Source of the DNA: Octopus vulgaris
Lineage: Eukaryota
Direction of reading: 5' to 3'
Assembly: GCA_951406725.2 (NCBI GenBank)
Contig: OX597815.1
Location: 63,364,001-63,428,000 of the forward strand
DNA: 64,000 nt
Shown here: one piece after another, positions 56,478 to 64,000 of the stretch
Position numbering within the stretch: position 1 is the stretch's first letter
Layout of the letters: every line of letters begins with the position of its first letter
Notes under the pieces: generated by a model
What the model was told of the DNA's origin: nothing
The model's database searches: none
The model's input: only the letters and a program-made list of their open reading frames with translations
Translations under genes and position numbers: made by a program

Positions 56478-56673
56478 ATAGTGTATAAACAATTTAAGTA
56501 TTCATACACGAAAGACGTGACCTTTGACAGGACACCTTACATGCTAAAAAAGGCATCTCTCTTTGAAATTAATTTTATTCGTTGTTTGGCTTTTGACTGC
56601 ATTTTCTAGCATGTAAGGTGTCCTGTCACAGGTCATCGCTTTCGTGTATAAATCTTAATGGTTTGTACACTAT
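56478..56673. repeat. ~70 bp inverted repeat (fold-back element)
   Basis: tacacgaaag..tgacctttgacaggacaccttacatgcta versus tagcatgtaaggtgtcctgtcacaggtca..ctttcgtgta. Confidence 0.88.
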
Positions 56674-56683
56674 CATTTATGAC

Positions 56684-56725
<42 letters not shown>

Positions 56726-56728
<3 letters not shown>

Positions 56729-58335
56729 TTGCGGCCAAAATGTTCAGAACGGGATTATTTTCGTCAGAAAAGTAGATATAAGTTTTTATTAAAGTTGTTT
56801 TATATTCTATAATTTTCACAGGCAGTAAATACAATATTAATTGATATTGTCTGAGATTTTGGTGTAATTTGAGTAGATAATACAAAAGTTATGGATGATA
56901 TAGTGATTTACTGCAAAACCCATGGTGGCCAAAATGATCAGAACGGTTGAAAAAATAACAAAATAATCAAAAAGTGACAGGGACTGCTGGAATTATTTCA
57001 TATTTAGTGTGAAGCCCTTTAGCTTCAATCAAAGTTTGACATTTTTGACTGCATGGGGAAATTAAATTTTCAATTTCTTGCGGGGTGATCTTATTCCATT
57101 CTTCCTGAAGGGCATTCCATAATTGCTCGGTTGTTTTAGGATTTCTGGTTTTCAAACGTTCTCCTAGAATATTCCACACATTTTCAATAGGATTGAGGTC
57201 TGGGCTTTGAGCAGGCCAATACATAACAGCAACCTTTTCAGCCTTGAGGAAGTTCATGACCACCTTAGCCTTGTGACATGGGGCATTGTCCTGCATGAAT
57301 ATGGGTGGTCGCTTAGTTGAATTTCTCAGCACAGGCAAGACATGATCTTTTACAAGTTGTTTATAAACTCCTGCATTTACCTTTCCATGTAATCGCAACA
57401 AAGGGCCCACACCATCTCCAGATATCACCCCCCAAACCATGACACTTCCTCCACCGAATTCAACACTAGTCTTAAGGCATTTAGGTGACAATTTTTCACC
57501 TGCTTTTCGACGAACGTACCTTATCCCATCTGAGTCAAATAACATAGACTTAGATTCATCACTGAAATGCACCGTTTGCCATTTTTCTTGAGACCACAAC
57601 ACATGTTCGGTTTCAAAGGTAAGACGACACTTTTTATTCTTGGAGCTGATCAGTGGCTTCACTGCAGGTGCTCTTGCTTGTACGTCATGTTCAACTAAAG
57701 GACGAGGCACAGTTTTTCGAGATAAAGTTTTCTTCAGTACGATGCTAATTTCCCGAAAAACAGTAGCAGCAGTTTTAAATCTGTCCTTTTTAACCAACTT
57801 TACCATAGCACGATCTTCTCTCTTGGTCGTTTTTCTTGGCCTACCTGTAGACTTTCTTGCTTCACACGAACCACAATCATCGTAGACCTTAAGAATACCG
57901 TGTAACGATCTTTACAATAGACCTAATACTTAAATTATCCTTCTTTCGAAGCTTAATAATCTGCTGACGAATTGGTAACGGAGTAAGTGGCATTATATTA
58001 ACAAAGTACACTGCAGATATTCTTACTAATGTTTAGTAAACGAACTGTCGCGTAAACAAATTCAAAACATTAGAGTTCGACGGTTAAATATACTAAAACA
58101 TGGAGTAAAAGCAACCGTTCTGATCATTTTGGCCGCCATGGGTTTTGCAGTAAATCACTAAATCATCCATAACGTTTTTATTATCCTCTCAAATTACACC
58201 AAAATCTCAGACAATAACAAATAATATCGTATTTATTGTCTGTGAAAATTATAGAATATAAAACAACTTTGATAAAAACTTATATCTACTTTTTTGACGA
58301 AAACAATCCCGTTCTGAACATTTTGGCCGCAACTG
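56726..58335 (-). mobile_element. Tc1-family DNA transposon of IR/DR type, ~1.6 kb
   Basis: ~224 bp TIRs (56726-56949 and 58112-58335) starting cagttgcggccaaaatg, each with inner and outer DR ggccaaaatg(t/a)tcagaacgg; right flank TA, left flank CA within a TA run. Confidence 0.96.
56967..57993 (-). pseudogene. Tc1 DD34E transposase; catalytic domain open, N-terminus disrupted
   Basis: GRPRKTT, FSDES, GGGSVMVWG, MQDNAPCH, WPAQSPDLNPIENVW (34 residues between D and E); likely ATG at 57993 followed by a frameshift/deletion near 57905-57945. Confidence 0.93.
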
Positions 58336-58419
58336 TATCTATCTATATATATATATTTAAGTAGAAAAATGAAATATCTTTTATGGATAATTCGTTTAAC
58401 CGATACCTGGGTAGCAAAT

Positions 58420-59400
58420 TCACATCAGAATTTCCGAGATAAGAGAAAACAACACAGCACGGGAATAAGCAAACTAATTTGGCGTCTGAAAGACAGCAAT
58501 TCAACCTTCAAGCTGGAATGGTCCATTTTGTCGGTATCCGTTCCGTTTGATAAGGGCAGAAAAATTTGTGGCGTCTGTAATTCTGAATTTTTTCATATAT
58601 TATTCGCCAAAGTACCTTTAATAAATTCAATCGTCGAGAGGTCCTACAGGTGCTTGCACTGGAGAAAACACACCTTTCACTCATATGAATAATGACTAAT
58701 AGAGATAACCCCCTTAAATTTTAATTAATATATTTCATTTATATATTTCACCCCTTTAGTTTTTAAAAAAATTTGTTATGCTTTCAAAGACATACTACCC
58801 AATCCTTTGAGGTTTGCTTTGCCTTTGTCCCAATACCTCGCCCTCCTTTTTCTTTTTCTCTCTCTTTCCCTCTATCTATAGTAATCAAGCCACAGACACA
58901 TATCTGCTACTATCTGTTTTTTTGACATCTACCCATCCACATACACATTCACGCACACACATACACACACATAGGTATTAATACAGTTATATTCATACAC
59001 TCACACAGACACTCATTCACAGAAGAATTTAACTTAACCCACCATACATACGACCTGTTCCAAATCACCTCACTTTTCTTAAGCCTCTCTCCCCTACTTC
59101 GTTTGAACTCTTGAACCTTTAGAACCTTCTAGAATTTTCTACATTCAACCAGTTTGACGTCACTCCTTATAAAGGAATATTAAAGAGACACTCATTATCG
59201 CTATGCGCTCCGTGAGAGCAGTCATCTAAAAGTTTTTGTGAATCTTGATGTTGACATAAATTCCTTGTTTTTCCTGATGAGAAAGCGGCATAATGTACTC
59301 CTTATTACTTCACAATTAGGAATATGCAGCCTTCGAAACATATGTCGAAAATAAAGGAAATTTGTTAATTTGTCGTTCAACTCCATTCTTTCATTTATTC

Positions 59401-59405
<5 letters not shown>
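58420..59405 (+). mobile_element. Naiad-type PLE 3' fragment: GIY-YIG tail plus pLTR
   Basis: HQNFRDKRKQHSTGISKLIWRLKD...LEWSIL...ICGVCNSEFFHIL...LINSIVE...CLH (to 58692), then non-coding tail with HHR. Confidence 0.85.
59261..59359 (+). ncRNA. Type I hammerhead ribozyme, canonical core, long stem II
   Basis: Stem I ttccttgtttttc/gaaaataaaggaa, ctgatga 59274-59280, stem II gaa..gcata/tatgc..ttc, gaaa 59335-59338, palindromic acatatgt, GUC at 59344-59346. Confidence 0.85.
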
Positions 59406-59452
<47 letters not shown>

Positions 59453-59467
59453 ATATAGATATGAATA

Positions 59468-59503
<36 letters not shown>

Positions 59504-61220
59504 TATGTGTGTGTGTATATATATACACACGTATGTACACACACTCACTCACACACACATCGACTCTCACTTACACACAAATATAAAAATATATACGATC
59601 ACGAATTGAATCGTGGTTATTTGTATATAGACAAAACATATATTTGAAAACAGATTGTCTTAAAAATAACTAGTTATTAAAAAAAGATCTATGTAACAAC
59701 CAGTTTAACATAGGCCTTACGGGAGCAACATTTTGTGTAAGCGATACTTATTGTTTTTTGCACATATGTTATAAAGTTATCTGTAGAGAATATATTCTTC
59801 TTCCTGGTGGTTTTCACTATTTTCGGTTTCATTTCGGATTAAGAATTACTTAAAATATTCTTCTCTTGCCTTTCGTTGTTAATAATTTTCTGCGCTCATT
59901 TAGAGAAGTGTAATATTTTGAAGCTTCCTGTTTGTACAAATATCAAGATGTTCATTATACTTGATTTTTTAAGTGATCAGTCATTGATTTGTTATTTGTT
60001 ACTTATGCATCCTAACCCGGTCTATTCTGATCTTGTTTGACGTATATATCATTCACATACAATAAACATGTATTTTTATTTTGCAACTGTATTATCATTA
60101 ACATTCAATGCCAACGCATTCTTTTTTTCTGCTCATTCACTTCACACGTTAACAAGCCAACGAGAAAAATCTGTATATTTTATTGCCGACATTATTTCTT
60201 CTCTGACGTGAATTTTGTCTTCGTGAAAAAATTTTCAGATTTGACGATGTCTCTGAGAGATCACGCAGCCAAGATTGGGTATCAAGTAGCTGTGTAGATT
60301 TATGATAACAGAGAGTGGATACATCCAAAGGACATGAAGCAGCAAGATGTGCAACAGCAACAACAAGTTCACGAATGATAATGACGTATGCAACATCGAC
60401 AACAATAACTGTAATGATTACAATAAAAATAAGTTCAAGAAAAGATGTGAAACAAGAACCAGTGAAGCTGTTGCACCAACAGTAACTGCAACAATGTCAA
60501 CAAGTGCAAATATGAAAGCAAATGGAACAAAACAACAAATGTAACAACTATAACAATGACACCAGCAATAATAGTAACATTTACTGCAATAAGGACAAAA
60601 ATAAGTTCGGTAATGACAACATCAACAACATGTGCAGTAGTAGCAGTGAGCATCTGTTGCAACGTTAAATATAAGTGCAAGAAATACGAAATATAAGTGC
60701 ATCAATAAAAAGTGCAGTGATTTTCAGAATTGCAATAATTACAAAATATGCAACAATGTCAGGTGCAAAAGTAATGAACACGATGTGTGACGATGTCAAA
60801 TAAATTAAAAAGAATGTCCAACAATAACAATGATGATATTGAAAAATGACAATTACAACAATAACAACAACAACAAGCAAGCGCCACAACAGCAACAACA
60901 AACAATATATCATAGAACAGAGATGGCAAAACCAACAACAACGACAACAAAAACACCACTGACATCGACAAAAGAACAATGAAAACAAAACATTAACAAT
61001 CGAAAAAAAAAACTAAAAGTAACAAGAGCTACAGGAACATTAAGATTAACATTATAGATTGTTTAAAAAAGAACATCCAAATCAATAACAGGAAATAGGA
61101 AAGTATTAGATAGGTGAAAAGAACGAATAGCATGGTACCATAGGCTGCAGGTAGTAAACCCGTTACGCATGCAAGACTCCAGGAGCTTCAACAAAACCTG
61201 TGGATAAAAGGAAATTTATT

Positions 61221-61263
<43 letters not shown>

Positions 61264-61264
61264 T

Positions 61265-61880
61265 TTCAAGATTGAAGTTACTCTTCACGAAGGTAACACA
61301 GAAGTTTCGCTGGCATTTCAAAATTGATGCATGACAGTTACCATCATATTTCAGAAAAGTATCCTCATTTCCGGCATATATTTCCTCTTCCGCCTATTGT
61401 AGCCTTTAGACGTGATAGAAATATTAGAAAAATATTGACCAAGAAGAAAAACTCCATTGGAGTTTCTGAACGGTGTATCCACAAAAACACTCATAAGAGA
61501 GGTAAGCCCTGTTCGTTGTGCAAAAACATGAGTCAGACCAATTCCATCAAGAATTCTAACAGAAATGTTATGATTAACACAGAAGGAGGGACCTGTCTGT
61601 AAAGATTCCTATTTCGCGTATGCAGCAGAATGCAACAAACACAAAATGTTTTATGTTGGTTACACAACAGAACGATTACAAAAAACGATTTATCGGACAT
61701 AGGTACGACGTCAGGCACAATATCAGTGGGTCAACGGAACTTGCTGAGCATTTCACATGAAGCGAGTGTAAATTTGAGGAAGACCTGAAGGTGCACATTC
61801 TCAAAATATACCCGCACTCCACTGCACTTTCAATCCTCAAAACCCATGAGGATAGATATATTTGTGAACTGTTGACATCT
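61265..61880 (+). pseudogene. Neptune-type PLE linker + GIY-YIG relic
   Basis: IFPLPPIVAFRRDRNIRKIL...PCSLC...AYAAECNKHKMFYVGYTTERLQK...GHRYDV...ELAEHF...LKVHIL...EDRYICEL. Confidence 0.88.
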
Positions 61881-62206
61881 CACACACACGCACGCACACA
61901 CCACACACGCACACATACACACACACACACAGTCACACATAACATACATATATACATACATACACATACACACATACATATATATGTCTCAACAACAACA
62001 ATAACAAAATCGTGAAAATGTAAATAGTACAATACAACCTATCGTCACGCGTGAGCGAGTAGAACTTTGGGGCACTAACGATGCTTTTACTAATTGGTTC
62101 AATGAATGTAATGGCGAGCATTCATAGAAGGCCTTTCAGTCCCTTTTACACCTGATCTAGTGGAACATTAAGATGGTGCCAAGGGAAGAGAAGGAGGTTG
62201 GTGTGT

Positions 62207-62241
<35 letters not shown>

Positions 62242-62877
62242 AGAAGGAGGGGAAAGAGGAGAGAAACCTGTATTAGAAGTAGTAACCATTAATAGTGCGT
62301 GTGAGATGAATACATTAAAGAAACGCGAAATGAAGTGTCTTGCTGAAGAACACGATGGACAACTCAACTAACGAATTGAAATCATACCCCAAAGATATAT
62401 ATATATATATATATATAATACTTACACCATTCCAAAATACTCTAGGTATAGGAACCAAGAGAGATAGACACAGACAGAGACAGACAGACAGACAGCATCC
62501 ACATAGCAGCGAAACCTCCCTCAAATTACATCAATACCCTCTTACATAATAATACTCTAGATAATGAAGTCTTGAATTACTTGCACATTGAAAATGTTTC
62601 GTCACGACCGGAATGTCTTTGATCAGAAACCTTCTGGTATTAAAGATGCCCTGGAGCTAAACAATATCTACAAGTATGTCATCTTACGTACGTTATACCA
62701 CTGTAGCTATTTGGAAATTCTGTATTCGTTGTTCTAAATGTATGTGGATGTCAAACCGCAATAAATCATCAGGGGAAACTTTATTGCATCCTGGTACCCA
62801 GAACTAACGGTGAAACTTATATAAGAACTAAATATTGATATGAATGTCCTCTTCTTAATATTAATACTATCAAGTAA

Positions 62878-63270
62878 AGCGGTGAGCTGGCAGAAACGTT
62901 AATGCACTGGGCGAAGAGGTATTTCGCCCGTCGCTATGTTCTGAGTTCAAATTCCGTCGAGGGTGACTTTGCTTTTCATCCTTTCGGGATCGATAAATTA
63001 AGTACCAGTTGCGTACTGGGGTCGATCAAATTGATTGGCCCCTTCCCCCAAAATTTGAGGCCTTGTGCTTATAATACAAAGTATCGTTATCACTCCTGGA
63101 AAAATGCTTAGTAGCATTACTTCTGACTTTACGTTCCAAGTTCAAATGCCGCCAGGGACGACTTTGCTTTTAAAGTTTTTAAGTATCGGTAAAATAAGTA
63201 CCTATTGAACATTAGGGTTGATGTAATCGACTTATCCCTCTTTCCGAAATTGCTGCCCTTCTTCCGAAAT
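62878..63270 (+). mobile_element. Two tandem SINE family B copies (62878-63085 and ~63100-63270)
   Basis: gcggtgagctggcagaaacgtt...gttctgagttcaaattccg...taccagttgcgtactggggtcgat; second copy aaatgcttag...tacgttccaagttcaaatgccgcc. Confidence 0.88.
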
Positions 63271-63384
63271 ATGACATCAATATACTGTCACTGAGAAGAC
63301 AGAGAGCGACATCAGTACTAATAATCTCCTCAGCTCTAAACATGGTTCTGGGAATCTATTGTAGATCACGAGCATGTTATTGTT

Positions 63385-63687
63385 TTATCGCTTCCTTGCT
63401 TCAGTGGCTGGACTGCGGCCATGGTGAGGCACCGCCTTCAAGGATTTAGTCGAATGAATGGACCTTAGTACTTATTTCTTTAACTCTGTTATCTATTCTA
63501 GCCGCTAAGTTACGGGGACGTTGACAAACCAACGCCGTCTGTTAAGCGGAGGTGGTGGACATACGCATACACAAATACATGCACACAAATGGATATATAC
63601 ATATATACAACGCGCTTCCTTCAGTTTTTCTGCCAAGACTTTGGTCGACCCACGGCAATCGTAGAAGACATTTGCTTAAGGCACCAC
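63385..63687 (-). mobile_element. SINE family A, degraded
   Basis: gactgcggccatgg...gccgctaagttacggggacg...gtagaagacatttgc. Confidence 0.8.
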
Positions 63688-64000
63688 TCTTTTATTTATT
63701 GAGAGAATCAGATTTTGTAGAGAAACACTTTCCTTGTCTATCAATTAGGATATAAAGACGGAACAAATGATTAAAACTAGCAAACCTTACTCATCACCCA
63801 ACAAGCGATACCCCATTTCTGTCACCCAGCATTCTATAATCCCTCATTCAACACGTGATAAACAATCACCAAGAAATCGATACTCTTACCCAATAAATGC
63901 TGACTACGGGGTTCTATTCCCCAAAGTAATCTTCCAAAATGGTACTTATGGCGCCAAACATGATTTACCTTAACTCCCTAAACGATTTCGAGTGATAGAA

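Noticed and set aside
60300-61030. Asn/Thr-rich or hydrophobic ORFs
   Set aside because: Decayed (AAC)/(AAT) low-complexity sequence with frequent stops

Overview
AT-rich eukaryotic genomic DNA with very dense (TA)n, (CA)n, (TACA)n, (AAT)n and (GAA)n microsatellites. The SINE and LINE complement suggests a coleoid cephalopod, most likely Octopus (inference from family recognition, not a search). I cannot support any host protein-coding exon, and almost all ORF-track entries are microsatellite artefacts. Mobile DNA: three tRNA-derived SINE families (about 25 copies); at least six Penelope-like (PLE) remnants with RT or GIY-YIG coding traces (Neptune-like and Naiad-like); RTE LINE fragments; a near-complete IR/DR Tc1 (DD34E); mariner, DD41D-like and piggyBac-like relics; hAT and mariner MITEs; and Helitron-like ends. 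The most notable signal is about a dozen type I hammerhead-ribozyme (HHR) motifs, intact or degenerate, in PLE pseudo-LTRs and in short non-coding elements. They include core variants (U3-A8, CUGAUGC, CUGNNGAA) and a tRNA-headed, HHR-tailed element with a PLE-style inverted 5' duplication (4801-5523), a candidate Penelope-mobilised SINE or retrozyme. Many long inverted repeats could fold into dsRNA. Coordinates were read by eye and boundaries are approximate.
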